Below are positions 1-8,458 of a DNA stretch of 64,000 nucleotides, piece after piece. Source of the DNA: an uncultured virus (IMG/VR IMGVR_UViG_3300028835_002692) (taxonomy: Duplodnaviria; Heunggongvirae; Uroviricota; Caudoviricetes); the IMG/VR virus record IMGVR_UViG_3300028835_002692. One strand, 5' to 3'. Below the pieces are notes generated by a model. It was given only the letters and a program-made list of their open reading frames with translations. It was not told the DNA's origin and ran no database searches. The position numbers and the translations under genes were made by a program. How positions within the stretch are numbered: the stretch's first letter is position 1; each line of letters begins with the position of its first letter.

Positions 1-252
1 AAAGCGGACACGGCGAATGATTTGCTTACCTGGATTAGAGAGAACGACCTCGCTAATGGAAGCAAGGCTTTTGAGCGAGTAATTAAACCATTCGCAGCAG
101 AGAAGAAGCTCCCCCTTTTTCAGGTTTGGCAAGCGTGGGGTCTGTTGAAGGAGGCTAAGCGGAAAAAGCCATTAGCAGGGCCCATTTGGGAAATCGTGAG
201 TTTTGTCCCCATAGAACTTGACCAAGCTGGAGACCTGATACCGTGCGTCTAA
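1..252 (+). CDS. hypothetical protein, 5'-partial (cassette-like)
   Basis: Frame is open from base 1; the stop TAA lies in a GCGTCTAA left half-site (245-252). Confidence 0.6.
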   Translation, partial: KADTANDLLTWIRENDLANGSKAFERVIKPFAAEKKLPLFQVWQAWGLLKEAKRKKPLAGPIWEIVSFVPIELDQAGDLIPCV

Positions 253-269
253 AGAGGGGGCTTGTTTTG

Positions 270-497
270 ATGAAGTGTAACTGTAAAAAGAAGGGATTTG
301 CCCATTGGTGGAGGTATCTACGGGCCCGTCTGTGGTGGAGGTCATTTTGGGCAAGGTTAGATTATCAACCAGCTACTATTGATGGCCAGCAGGTGTGGCT
401 AAGGCATGGCTGGCCATATATGCGTATTTACAACCAGTATCCTGGGCCAAGCATGAGCCGTGACGAGTACGAACATTGGTTTGCTAAATGCGTGTAA
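270..497 (+). CDS. small hypothetical protein (cassette)
   Basis: ATG at 270 after AGAGGGGG; stop TAA inside the left arm of the 490-511 site. Confidence 0.6.
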   Translation: MKCNCKKKGFAHWWRYLRARLWWRSFWARLDYQPATIDGQQVWLRHGWPYMRIYNQYPGPSMSRDEYEHWFAKCV

Positions 498-511
498 TGG
501 GTATTATACGC
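490..511. repeat. 22-bp palindromic site (dif/lox-like) GCGTGTAA-TGGGTA-TTATACGC
   Basis: Read directly; followed by TAAGGAGG RBS. Confidence 0.9.
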
Positions 512-525
512 TAAGGAGGTAAAAA

Positions 526-891
526 TTGGGTAACCATGAAGTCGGACGAGCCATGGGACGCATGGCCACACTTGCACTCAAGATGAGGACAAATCAATCT
601 GCCTTGTCACTCTTAGATGAAATCTGTGAACCATATCGTGGTGCTGATGCAGAATTTGAGGCTGAAGACCCCAATAACCCCGGACAGACACACCCGGAGT
701 ACTGTCGATATACCGACCCCAAAGGCCCGCTAGGCATTCTCATCCGAGAGGCTTTTAACCCGACGGTAGATTGGATTGCCTTACAGCTTAAAGCTGAGGA
801 AACTGGTGATGGCGACAAGATAGATGAGTTCTATGAAAGTTGGGGTGAAGGTCCAGGAAAACAATTTGATTCTCGTTATGAATTTTGCTGA
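526..891 (+). CDS. hypothetical acidic protein (cassette)
   Basis: 121-aa ORF, TTG start after AAGGAGG. Confidence 0.7.
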   Translation: MGNHEVGRAMGRMATLALKMRTNQSALSLLDEICEPYRGADAEFEAEDPNNPGQTHPEYCRYTDPKGPLGILIREAFNPTVDWIALQLKAEETGDGDKIDEFYESWGEGPGKQFDSRYEFC

Positions 892-895
892 GAGT

Positions 896-910
896 GCGTA
901 TATTACACGT
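896..910. repeat. collapsed (spacer-less) copy of the palindromic site GCGTATA-TTACACGT
   Basis: Both arms present, central bases deleted; lies between a stop codon and an RBS. Confidence 0.7.
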
Positions 911-923
911 AAGGAGGGACTAC

Positions 924-1106
924 ATGGCTAAGAAATATGAAGCGAGGTTGTGCCCACACTGTAATCAGAAATGTTTAGGCGAGAATGAGAGGAAAGATGG
1001 GAAGCTTATCTGGCATTGTTGGACTTGTGGGGCAGAGGTAGAGGTCGAACCGCCTTTATATCGCCGGGAGAAAAGGCGAATCACCAAACTAACCGAAGGC
1101 GTGTAA
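924..1106 (+). CDS. small zinc-ribbon protein (cassette)
   Basis: CPHC...CWTC; ATG after AAGGAGG; stop in the site's left arm. Confidence 0.7.
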   Translation: MAKKYEARLCPHCNQKCLGENERKDGKLIWHCWTCGAEVEVEPPLYRREKRRITKLTEGV

Positions 1107-1120
1107 GAGCCGTTATACGC
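1099..1120. repeat. 22-bp palindromic site GCGTGTAA-GAGCCG-TTATACGC
   Basis: Read directly. Confidence 0.9.
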
Positions 1121-1153
1121 CAACGTAGTCTAATAACGTAGAAGGAGGCCTAG

Positions 1154-1771
1154 ATGAGAGTAGTAGGAATTGATTTGACGGGGTCTCAGGAAAGGCATAG
1201 CGGTGTGGCCTGCTTGGATGATGACGGCCGTGTGCAGACGGTAAGATTGAAGTCAGACCTAGACATCGAGGATTTTGTGGGGGTCATGGCTCCGGACCTG
1301 GTGTCAATCGACTCTCCCCTTTCCCTCCCGGAGGACCCGAAGAAGATCTACCGTGACTGTGAGCTCGAGCTAAAGAGGCGAGGGATCGGTGTATATTGGT
1401 GTCTCCTGCCATCTATGAAGGGACTCACCATGCGTGGGATCTCCCTCGCCAATAGGCTGCGGGACAAGGACATTTCGGTCATCGAGAGCTACCCAGGGGC
1501 GGCCCAAGATATTCTGAACATACCGAGGAAGAGCAAGGGAACCGCTATGCTGGCTGCCGGACTGGCAAATTATGGGATCACGGGAAACCTGGATGTGACC
1601 CATGACGAGCTGGATGCCGTCACCTCGGCCATAGTAGGGATTCTCTATCTCAAGGGAGACTACGAGGCGCTGGGCTGCCTCATATTGCCTAAAAAGCCAG
1701 GCGCGGCAACAATCCCGACGGCCCGACAACAAACAAAACGAGATTTAGGTACTTTCGGAGAAAGCGTATAA
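1154..1771 (+). CDS. DUF429-like predicted nuclease (RNase H-like fold)
   Basis: VVGIDL, SIDSPLSLP, RxCE, IESYP and HDELDAVTSA motifs. Confidence 0.8.
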   Translation: MRVVGIDLTGSQERHSGVACLDDDGRVQTVRLKSDLDIEDFVGVMAPDLVSIDSPLSLPEDPKKIYRDCELELKRRGIGVYWCLLPSMKGLTMRGISLANRLRDKDISVIESYPGAAQDILNIPRKSKGTAMLAAGLANYGITGNLDVTHDELDAVTSAIVGILYLKGDYEALGCLILPKKPGAATIPTARQQTKRDLGTFGESV

Positions 1772-1778
1772 GGGACGC
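1764..1778. repeat. degenerate site: intact left arm GCGTATAA, truncated right arm ACGC
   Basis: GCGTATAAGGGACGCAG; contains the stop codon of the DUF429-like gene. Confidence 0.7.
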
Positions 1779-1800
1779 AGAAAAGGAGGAGGGTAAAATA

Positions 1801-2133
1801 ATGAGCCTACATTCTATTTATGTCGATGATGAGGTGTTTGCGGAGCTCCAGAAAAGGGCTACTGCTCTGAAAGACACGCCGAATCGCGTGCTGAGGAGGG
1901 TTCTCTTACCAGGAGAAATGAACCAGGAAATCTTGACCATTCTACACAAGAAGGGACCTATGACGGCACTAGCAGTTTTTGGCCAAGTCCCTTATCAACT
2001 TAAGAGTGTCTATACAAAGCTCCTGGAACTGGAAAAGGTTGGGCTGGTGAGTAGGGATGAAAACGGGGTATGGAAGGCAGAGCCACGGGGCAGGGTAGAG
2101 CCGATAGGTATCCTTGATAAGAATATGTGCTAG
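1801..2133 (+). CDS. DNA-binding protein: N-terminal ribbon-helix-helix-like plus C-terminal winged helix (cassette)
   Basis: IYVDDEVFAELQKRA..DTPNRVLRR; the wHTH is paralogous to the N-terminus of 8459-9784. Confidence 0.65.
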   Translation: MSLHSIYVDDEVFAELQKRATALKDTPNRVLRRVLLPGEMNQEILTILHKKGPMTALAVFGQVPYQLKSVYTKLLELEKVGLVSRDENGVWKAEPRGRVEPIGILDKNMC

Positions 2134-2134
2134 A

Positions 2135-2156
2135 GCGTATAAGAGAGGTTATACGC
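2135..2156. repeat. 22-bp palindromic site GCGTATAA-GAGAGG-TTATACGC
   Basis: Perfect arms. Confidence 0.95.
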
Positions 2157-2170
2157 AGAAAGGAGGGGAA

Positions 2171-2365
2171 ATGAAAGAGCGAGTTGAGGGATGGTTAGCT
2201 ATGTTTGGCCTTGGTGTGTGCATCAGCTGGGTTGGGGCGTTGATAGCGTGGGTCTGTCCTAGCTTGAGTACAATCTCTCCTTTAGAATTCGGTCTTTATT
2301 TTTCAGGTATGTCTTTTGCCGGCTGTGGACTTGGCTGGCTAGTAGATGGAAGGAGTGACTGCTAG
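2171..2365 (+). CDS. small two-TM membrane protein (cassette)
   Basis: ATG after AGGAGG; two hydrophobic stretches; stop abuts the next site. Confidence 0.65.
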   Translation: MKERVEGWLAMFGLGVCISWVGALIAWVCPSLSTISPLEFGLYFSGMSFAGCGLGWLVDGRSDC

Positions 2366-2387
2366 GCGTATAAGGCGCATTATACGC
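2366..2387. repeat. 22-bp palindromic site GCGTATAA-GGCGCA-TTATACGC
   Basis: Perfect arms. Confidence 0.95.
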
Positions 2388-2400
2388 AAAGGAGGTTACA

Positions 2401-2589
2401 TTGAACGAATTACAAGAAGCTATCGGGAATACTCTCATGGCGTTCGGTCAAACAATTTTGGATAATGGCTTACCAAAAGACCCCTTCATTATCCAAGGTG
2501 AGCCGGGCAAGGAATACGGGTTCTTTGTGGCTGTCTGGCCTAACACCGGAGAAAGAGCTGAAGATGTACTCCATCTGAAGAAGCGGTAG
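2401..2589 (+). CDS. small hypothetical protein (cassette)
   Basis: TTG after AAGGAGG; stop abuts the next site. Confidence 0.65.
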   Translation: MNELQEAIGNTLMAFGQTILDNGLPKDPFIIQGEPGKEYGFFVAVWPNTGERAEDVLHLKKR

Positions 2590-2611
2590 ACGTATAACTC
2601 CTATTACACGC
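2590..2611. repeat. 22-bp palindromic site ACGTATAA-CTCCTA-TTACACGC
   Basis: Two mismatches to consensus. Confidence 0.85.
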
Positions 2612-2625
2612 AGAAAGAAGAGAAC

Positions 2626-2913
2626 GTGAGAGATTTACAGAGTCTAATAAAGGGGGCCAGGAAACAGGATGAAGAACTCCGTGAGCTCTTTGAGGAATTG
2701 AAGGAGAAGCAGGACACCGTGCACGTTCTTATTCTCGATCACCTGAGGATGCTTGCCGCTTTACTCGATGCCAATACGAGAGCTAACGCGATCTTATTTA
2801 ATGCAGCTGTGAGTCATGCTGAGAGAGACTTGCGGTTGGAGCTTGACCGGCTATATCGTGGCCAGAGGAGTATGGTTGAGAAGATCCTGGAGTTCCCAGC
2901 TAGGCCATTTTAA
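2626..2913 (+). CDS. small coiled-coil protein (last gene of the array)
   Basis: 95-aa helical ORF followed by a terminator. Confidence 0.6.
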   Translation: MRDLQSLIKGARKQDEELRELFEELKEKQDTVHVLILDHLRMLAALLDANTRANAILFNAAVSHAERDLRLELDRLYRGQRSMVEKILEFPARPF

Positions 2914-2920
2914 CTATGCC

Positions 2921-2946
2921 AAGGGGTGAAATCACCCTTTTTTTTT
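2921..2946 (+). terminator. rho-independent terminator
   Basis: GGGTGA-AA-TCACCC hairpin followed by a T9 tract. Confidence 0.75.
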
Positions 2947-2956
2947 GCCTCAGGGC

Positions 2957-2986
2957 TTGACAAACCTGTTTAGAGTGTTGTAATAT
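2957..2986 (+). promoter_or_regulatory. sigma70-type promoter
   Basis: TTGACA-18-TAATAT upstream of the surface-protein genes. Confidence 0.55.
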
Positions 2987-3167
2987 TACCGAACTAAAGT
3001 GAAAAGACCTGCGTCAACAGGCCTTTTCGCTAATACAGGAGGCACTGGTGGGAAGACCACTACCTTTTGTTATCCTAGCACATTTTCCAACTAATTGCAA
3101 GGGAGGTGATGCCTATGGGGAATAATTCCCCAAATCCCGTCCAAGAATAAGAAAAGGAGGATTCAAA

Positions 3168-5402
3168 TTGAGAAGGAAAATTGGTAGTATCTTGTTTGCC
3201 CTGATACTGTTGGTGAGCTTCGGCCTGGTGACAGCGGCGCCGGCCACAGCGGAGGGCACACTACAGGTTATCCCGTTCGGTCTCACCACCGGCGCATACC
3301 TCGATGGCCTTGATGAAGACTCTGTAGCCGGTTGGTCTACGCAGGTGGACGAGATAGCGGTTCTCTTGGACTCTGGCCCGATGGAACCGAATGAACCCCC
3401 AGCATGGGAGGGGCAGACTACAGATGGTGACGAAGCAAGAATCGTCATTCCTGCATCTAGCGTCGGTGTGACTGACCTGAATAGCTTGCTCTCGATTGCT
3501 TGGTCACGATACTCGGTCAGGGGTTATGCTCCACACGTCGATGTAATAGTTGAAGTCGGCGAGGGAACTGATGCCTTAGTGTTCGAGTACGCCTATAATG
3601 GGCACGAGGCTGATGTCCAAGCCACAGGCTATGGGACTGTCTACGACAACTGGTTTCCGACGTTTGACGACGACGGTGAGGGCCCCGCGGTTCTCGATGG
3701 CTCGGCAAGTGCCTGGCTGAATTCCGGACCAGCTGGCGGACCTGAAATCATAAAGGGAACGCTGGCTGACTGGAAAGCGGGAACGGTTGATGGTTCCGTA
3801 ACAGGGGATTCGGTAGTTCTGCGGTTCGAGATTGAGGTCGATAACTGGATTCTGGCCTCTGGGTCCTACATAGACGATATCACCATAAATGGTGTTGTCT
3901 ACTACGGCTCGATCCAGGATGCCGTTGATTCTGCCACCGGCACCATCATCAATGTAGCCCCTGGGACGTACGTTGAGAACGTCGTCATTGACAAGAGCCT
4001 GACGCTTCAGGGTGCCGGCAAAGAACTTGCCACGATCACAGGAGCAGTCACGATAATGGCAAGCGACACTCTCGTAGATGGCTTCAGAGTTGAAGGCACT
4101 GTTTACGTAAACGACTCCCTATCGGCTATAACCGGCGCAACAATCTCCAACAACTACATCACCGGAGATTCCTATGGAGTCAGGGTCGGGTATGCGTCAG
4201 AGTGTACCATTTCGCTGCTTACCATTGAGGACAACGACATCATAGGCAATACCAACAAGGGAATCTGTTTCTGGAAGGTAGACTGGGAGGCAGGTAACCT
4301 ACATGATGTCACCATTAGAGGCAACACGATAAACGATAACGGTAGCACAGGCATCTCGACCTATGGTGCGGGGCCCTACTTTATCACTGGTAACACCGTA
4401 ATCGGAAATGCCGGCAACGGCATTAGCATAAAGTACGATGATGGTGATGTCATAACGGGCAACATCGTGACAGGCAACGATGCCATGGGTATCAACATGC
4501 ACCAAGTGACCAACTGTGTTGTCGAAGGTAATACCGTATCTGGTCAGATGAGCGAAGAGGTTGTTACTACCTTCTGGGGCGAACCTGTTACCGCTGGCAA
4601 AGGCTCGGGCATCTACGTTCATGAGGCCAGTGTAGGCAATACCGTGACTCTCAACGCTATTAGTGGCAACCAGTACGGTATCCTTGTTAACAGTGAAAGT
4701 GGTGATATGCCGTCAGGTAATTCCATCAACCAGAACAGCATCACTGGAAATAGCCTCTATGGTGTTCTGAGTGTTCTAGAGTCTCCACCTGCTCCGGTCG
4801 ATGCCCAGAACAACTGGTGGGGCCAGTCAAGTGGTCCTGGTGACGGCGTAATGGGTGATGTTGACTACGAGCCGTGGTTGCTTACTTCTGACTTGGAGGG
4901 AGCCCCATATGACAAGACCCTTGCCCTGCCTGCTGGCTGGTCGATAGTTTCGCCGGATGCGGAGCTTGAGTCCTGGACAGCTGCTGACGCAGAAGAGCTG
5001 AAGTACGCTTACGACGGCGGTGGCTTTGTAACCGACTTTGCCCTCGACCCCGTTACCCCGATGTTTGTTAAAACAGCTGCCGGTGGCGGGATAGGCTTCA
5101 ACTACGCAGAAGCTTCCCAGGGCATATTCACTACTGACCTCGAGGCCGGGTGGAACCTGATTGGTATCCCGGAAACCGACGCCAACCCTGACGCTATCCT
5201 CTCTTCAATAAGGCTAGGTTCAAACAACGAGGTAGCTTTGGCAACTTTGGTCAGTCAGGGAAACTACAATCCTAGTGGACAGACTTTCTATGAATCTATG
5301 CTTGATCTCGAGGATTTCCCTGAAATCGGGCTCTATCCGTTCGACGGATACTGGGCGAACCTGAACGTTGCCAAGGAGTACGGCGTAATCGTCGTAAAGT
5401 AA
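3168..5402 (+). CDS. secreted surface/S-layer-like protein with parallel beta-helix (PbH1/NosD-like) repeats
   Basis: Signal peptide; SIQDAVD..GTYVENVVIDKSLTL; many GNxI repeats; NNWWG; GWNLIG. Confidence 0.8.
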   Translation: MRRKIGSILFALILLVSFGLVTAAPATAEGTLQVIPFGLTTGAYLDGLDEDSVAGWSTQVDEIAVLLDSGPMEPNEPPAWEGQTTDGDEARIVIPASSVGVTDLNSLLSIAWSRYSVRGYAPHVDVIVEVGEGTDALVFEYAYNGHEADVQATGYGTVYDNWFPTFDDDGEGPAVLDGSASAWLNSGPAGGPEIIKGTLADWKAGTVDGSVTGDSVVLRFEIEVDNWILASGSYIDDITINGVVYYGSIQDAVDSATGTIINVAPGTYVENVVIDKSLTLQGAGKELATITGAVTIMASDTLVDGFRVEGTVYVNDSLSAITGATISNNYITGDSYGVRVGYASECTISLLTIEDNDIIGNTNKGICFWKVDWEAGNLHDVTIRGNTINDNGSTGISTYGAGPYFITGNTVIGNAGNGISIKYDDGDVITGNIVTGNDAMGINMHQVTNCVVEGNTVSGQMSEEVVTTFWGEPVTAGKGSGIYVHEASVGNTVTLNAISGNQYGILVNSESGDMPSGNSINQNSITGNSLYGVLSVLESPPAPVDAQNNWWGQSSGPGDGVMGDVDYEPWLLTSDLEGAPYDKTLALPAGWSIVSPDAELESWTAADAEELKYAYDGGGFVTDFALDPVTPMFVKTAAGGGIGFNYAEASQGIFTTDLEAGWNLIGIPETDANPDAILSSIRLGSNNEVALATLVSQGNYNPSGQTFYESMLDLEDFPEIGLYPFDGYWANLNVAKEYGVIVVK

Positions 5403-5466
5403 AGTTAGATGGAGAGGGGGATGGGGGTTGAGATATACTCCCATCCCCCAGTGAAGGGAGAAAGAC

Positions 5467-6597
5467 ATGAAAAGAATAACTGTTCCTGTACTCCTAATTC
5501 TCCTGCTGGTACTCTGTGCTGCTCCTGTCTATGCCGGGATACCAACCCTTCCGCACGCCTTCTACGGCAAGGTCTGGGTAAACGACTCCCCGGCAGCCGA
5601 TGGCACCCAGGTATCGGCAACAGTAGATGTCGGAGACATTGTGCCCGTCCAGAACCCGGTCGGCACCACCAATGGCGGGTATGGTAGCCCTTACCTTCTG
5701 GTTCAGGGAAATATCAAGAGCGGGGCCTCCATAACCTTCCATGTAACTAACGAGAACGGCACTGCCTCCTACAAGACTGGCACCTTTGAGACTGGCGGCG
5801 GGCCAACTGAGGTAGACCTGTCGGTGGTTATTGAGAAACCAGAGCCCTACATACCTCCCATCGGTGGCGGAAATGGTGCAGCTCCATCACAGCCTCCTGT
5901 AGAGACAAACCTCTTCGGCAGCGAAGGGAAGTTCAATATCAGTAGCAAAGGCATAATACAGGAGACGACAGAAGCCACCTCTGAGGATGGCAAACTAACC
6001 CTCACCATTCCCAAAGGCACCAAAGCCCTCAATAAAGACGGTGACCCACTGGAGAATCTGGGGGCAGCTATTGATGAGAGCCCGCCTGACCCGCCTGAGG
6101 ATAGCAATATTATCGGGCTGGCCTATGAGTTCGGCCCGCCCGGGGCTACCTTTGACCCGGCGATAACGCTTACCTGGGCGTATGACCCCGAGGACATACC
6201 CGAAGGGGTAAACCCGGAAGACCTGACATTAGCCTACCATGATGGCTCGAAATGGGTAGAGCTGGACTGTGTGGTTGATGCCAAGAACAATACGGTCACG
6301 GCCAAGGTAAGCCACTTTACCACCTTTGCCCTCATGTATCCTATTCCCAAGCCTGAAGCCCCAGCACCGCCGACTCCGCCTGCGCCGACTCCGCCTGCGC
6401 CACCACCGAAACCTGAACCGGTGCCGGCACCGACACCACCACCACCGGCACCGCCACCACCTGCTCCGGCTCTGCCGGAGCCACCGGCACCGCCACCGCC
6501 AGAGGCGTTCAACTGGATCTGGGTAGTGATAGCGGGAATGGTTGTGGCGCTGGTTATTGTCGTCGTCTTGTTAAAACGCCAGCGTAGGGGCTACTAG
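5467..6597 (+). CDS. surface-anchored protein with Pro-rich stalk and C-terminal TM anchor
   Basis: Signal peptide; PHAFYG; AYEFGPPGATFDPAITLT; VSHFTTF; poly-Pro; TM segment plus basic tail. Confidence 0.8.
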   Translation: MKRITVPVLLILLLVLCAAPVYAGIPTLPHAFYGKVWVNDSPAADGTQVSATVDVGDIVPVQNPVGTTNGGYGSPYLLVQGNIKSGASITFHVTNENGTASYKTGTFETGGGPTEVDLSVVIEKPEPYIPPIGGGNGAAPSQPPVETNLFGSEGKFNISSKGIIQETTEATSEDGKLTLTIPKGTKALNKDGDPLENLGAAIDESPPDPPEDSNIIGLAYEFGPPGATFDPAITLTWAYDPEDIPEGVNPEDLTLAYHDGSKWVELDCVVDAKNNTVTAKVSHFTTFALMYPIPKPEAPAPPTPPAPTPPAPPPKPEPVPAPTPPPPAPPPPAPALPEPPAPPPPEAFNWIWVVIAGMVVALVIVVVLLKRQRRGY

Positions 6598-6610
6598 GGG
6601 AAAGAACACA

Positions 6611-6704
6611 AACCCACCCGAGGGGGAGCCGGGGGAGGTGACCACGGGGCTATTGGCCCCGCCCGAAAGGGATATCCCCTGCGCCGTGATCCCTCGGGTG
6701 GGTT
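6611..6704 (+). other. predicted structured intergenic element
   Basis: 14-bp perfect outer stem AACCCACCCGAGGG/CCCTCGGGTGGGTT enclosing inner hairpins, including CCC-GAAA-GGG. Confidence 0.5.
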
Positions 6705-6705
6705 G

Positions 6706-6727
6706 GCGTATAATGCAAATTATACGC
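6706..6727. repeat. 22-bp palindromic site GCGTATAA-TGCAAA-TTATACGC
   Basis: Perfect arms; followed by RBS. Confidence 0.95.
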
Positions 6728-6747
6728 AGAGGAGGCTTAGGGAATAA

Positions 6748-6936
6748 ATGATTAAAATTATAGTAATTATCCTGTGTCTTGGTCTTGTAGGTTTTGGATT
6801 CTGCTGCGGATATGGCATTGGCCAGGAACAAGCGAGACAGGAATATGAATCTCAGATTTGGTGGTTGACAGAAAAACTTAGCTCTTTCTATAAAGAAGTT
6901 CCAGGCTTATACTATCTACTGGAGTGTCGACAATGA
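6748..6936 (+). CDS. small membrane-anchored protein (single cassette)
   Basis: AT-rich 62-aa ORF bracketed by two sites. Confidence 0.65.
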   Translation: MIKIIVIILCLGLVGFGFCCGYGIGQEQARQEYESQIWWLTEKLSSFYKEVPGLYYLLECRQ

Positions 6937-6958
6937 GCGTATAAGGGTTGTTATACGC
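6937..6958. repeat. 22-bp palindromic site GCGTATAA-GGGTTG-TTATACGC
   Basis: Perfect arms; directly after the TGA. Confidence 0.95.
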
Positions 6959-6973
6959 ATTACAGAAACCGAA

Positions 6974-6999
6974 AGGGCTGGGGTGTCGTCCCCAGCCCT
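6974..6999. terminator. hairpin between convergent genes
   Basis: AGGGCTGGGG/CCCCAGCCCT 10-bp stem. Confidence 0.6.
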
Positions 7000-7033
7000 C
7001 ACTTTGTGCCATGCTAGCTTTGTCAGCTACTGG

Positions 7034-7267
7034 CTACTCAGCCATCTTGGCTAACCAGTTCCGGCTCCACTTATCCGGATCGGGAGCGCGGTAGGTTGCC
7101 GCATCTACTCCAGACCGGTAGTTGGCCGTTCTGGTTGGGCCGAAGCCCACCGCGGCGTAGTTGGTGACCGCGCGTCCCTTGGCTGCAGCGTAGGACGTGG
7201 CCATAGCCCCCGCCTTTCGGCGGAGCTTGTCTGCACCCTTTGAGGCCATCTCAGGCATACTCGCCAT
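7034..7267 (-). CDS. small basic Ala-rich helical protein; candidate genome-coating nucleoprotein
   Basis: Strong AAGGAGG RBS; Lys/Arg/Ala-rich; function inferred. Confidence 0.6.
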   Translation of the reverse strand: MASMPEMASKGADKLRRKAGAMATSYAAAKGRAVTNYAAVGFGPTRTANYRSGVDAATYRAPDPDKWSRNWLAKMAE

Positions 7268-7354
7268 CTCAATACCTCCTTACTAAGATTATTTCCAGCA
7301 TACAACCAAAGAAATAACCTGTGAAGGAGGGGGCAGGGGTGGGGGTAGGGGAGG

Positions 7355-7612
7355 TCAACCAGGTTTAGGCTCGTGGCCGAAGCTACGAATCCATTTCTCA
7401 GCATCGAGAAGGTACTGTGGCAAAAACTGGTTGGTAAGCTTATCCAATGAGAGACCTGGGTTATCGTCCTCAGCGTACTTGTTAACATAGGTGGCCATGC
7501 CCTCGGCAGATCCAACAGCCCATTCCATAGCTTTGCCCACTATACCGGGCGGATATCCCTTATCCAGCAGCTCTTTCTTTCTCTTGCTGATCAGCTCTTT
7601 CCTGCTAGCCAT
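7355..7612 (-). CDS. hypothetical protein
   Basis: In the minus-strand operon. Confidence 0.65.
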   Translation of the reverse strand: MASRKELISKRKKELLDKGYPPGIVGKAMEWAVGSAEGMATYVNKYAEDDNPGLSLDKLTNQFLPQYLLDAEKWIRSFGHEPKPG

Positions 7613-7613
7613 T

Positions 7614-8447
7614 CTACCCCTTAGCCATGCGTTGAGTTGCCCGGGCGAATATGTCGTCTAGCGTTTCCCTGCCCGCTGCAGCGTGGTTGGTCAGACGGGA
7701 AATCCATTGTTTCTCGGATATCTTGCCATCGGCAAAATCCTGCGCCCATCCCTTGACCTTGTTATCACCCATCTCTTCAGCGACGGCCTGGGCGAAGGCG
7801 ATATCTTCAGGGTTCGCTTTCGTCTTGGGGGTAGTGTCTCGCTTCTTCTTAGACTTCGCCGGGGGTTTCTCTACTGGCACCGGCACCAGGACTGGCTCCT
7901 GTGCCCCTGAGACGGGCTCTACGGGCAGTTTAGACGGTTTCGGCTGCGCTATCACCTTCTGGGTCTTATTAACTCGGTCAGTAAGTTCATCTGCCCATGT
8001 AGTGATGCTCTCAAGGTCTTGTAGCGTTCCTGTGCCCTGGGCTAGTTGGAGCAGGTGCTCAGAGCCTCTCAGGTCACGCAGAGCCATACGGATGATGTCA
8101 TTGATAGTCCTGATCATAGCTGGCCCTGGGCGCCATGCCGGCTCCGCTTTGGTTACCTTGCTGAGAATTTCCCTAGCCCGCTGCACCACACCCGGGTTGT
8201 TGGCTGTGCCCTTCTGCCTGGCCTCCTCCATAGCAGCCTGCACCAGAGCGACTACTTCAAGGAATGACTGCTCGGGATTGCCAGATTCCGGCGCTGGTCC
8301 TCCGGTAAGGGCGCTATCCAAGTCCCTGATGGTGGAGTCGCCACTCCGTATGACGGTGGTAATGCCATCGACAACGGACTTGAAGGTCTCCGCACCCGTG
8401 CGGACTATATCGGCCAGGAGCTTATCCGGCCTGTCTTCAAACACCAT
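7614..8447 (-). CDS. hypothetical helical protein
   Basis: GGAGG RBS; operon context. Confidence 0.7.
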   Translation of the reverse strand: MVFEDRPDKLLADIVRTGAETFKSVVDGITTVIRSGDSTIRDLDSALTGGPAPESGNPEQSFLEVVALVQAAMEEARQKGTANNPGVVQRAREILSKVTKAEPAWRPGPAMIRTINDIIRMALRDLRGSEHLLQLAQGTGTLQDLESITTWADELTDRVNKTQKVIAQPKPSKLPVEPVSGAQEPVLVPVPVEKPPAKSKKKRDTTPKTKANPEDIAFAQAVAEEMGDNKVKGWAQDFADGKISEKQWISRLTNHAAAGRETLDDIFARATQRMAKG

Positions 8448-8458
8448 GGACTCACCTC

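Noticed and set aside
490..2611. CRISPR array interpretation of the repeated palindrome
   Set aside because: Repeats are separated by whole genes of 200-650 bp, their centres vary, and no cas genes are seen.
245..2913. Classical integron with attC sites
   Set aside because: No RYYYAAC/GTTRRRY boxes or long attC hairpins, and the recombinase shows no evident IntI-specific insertion.
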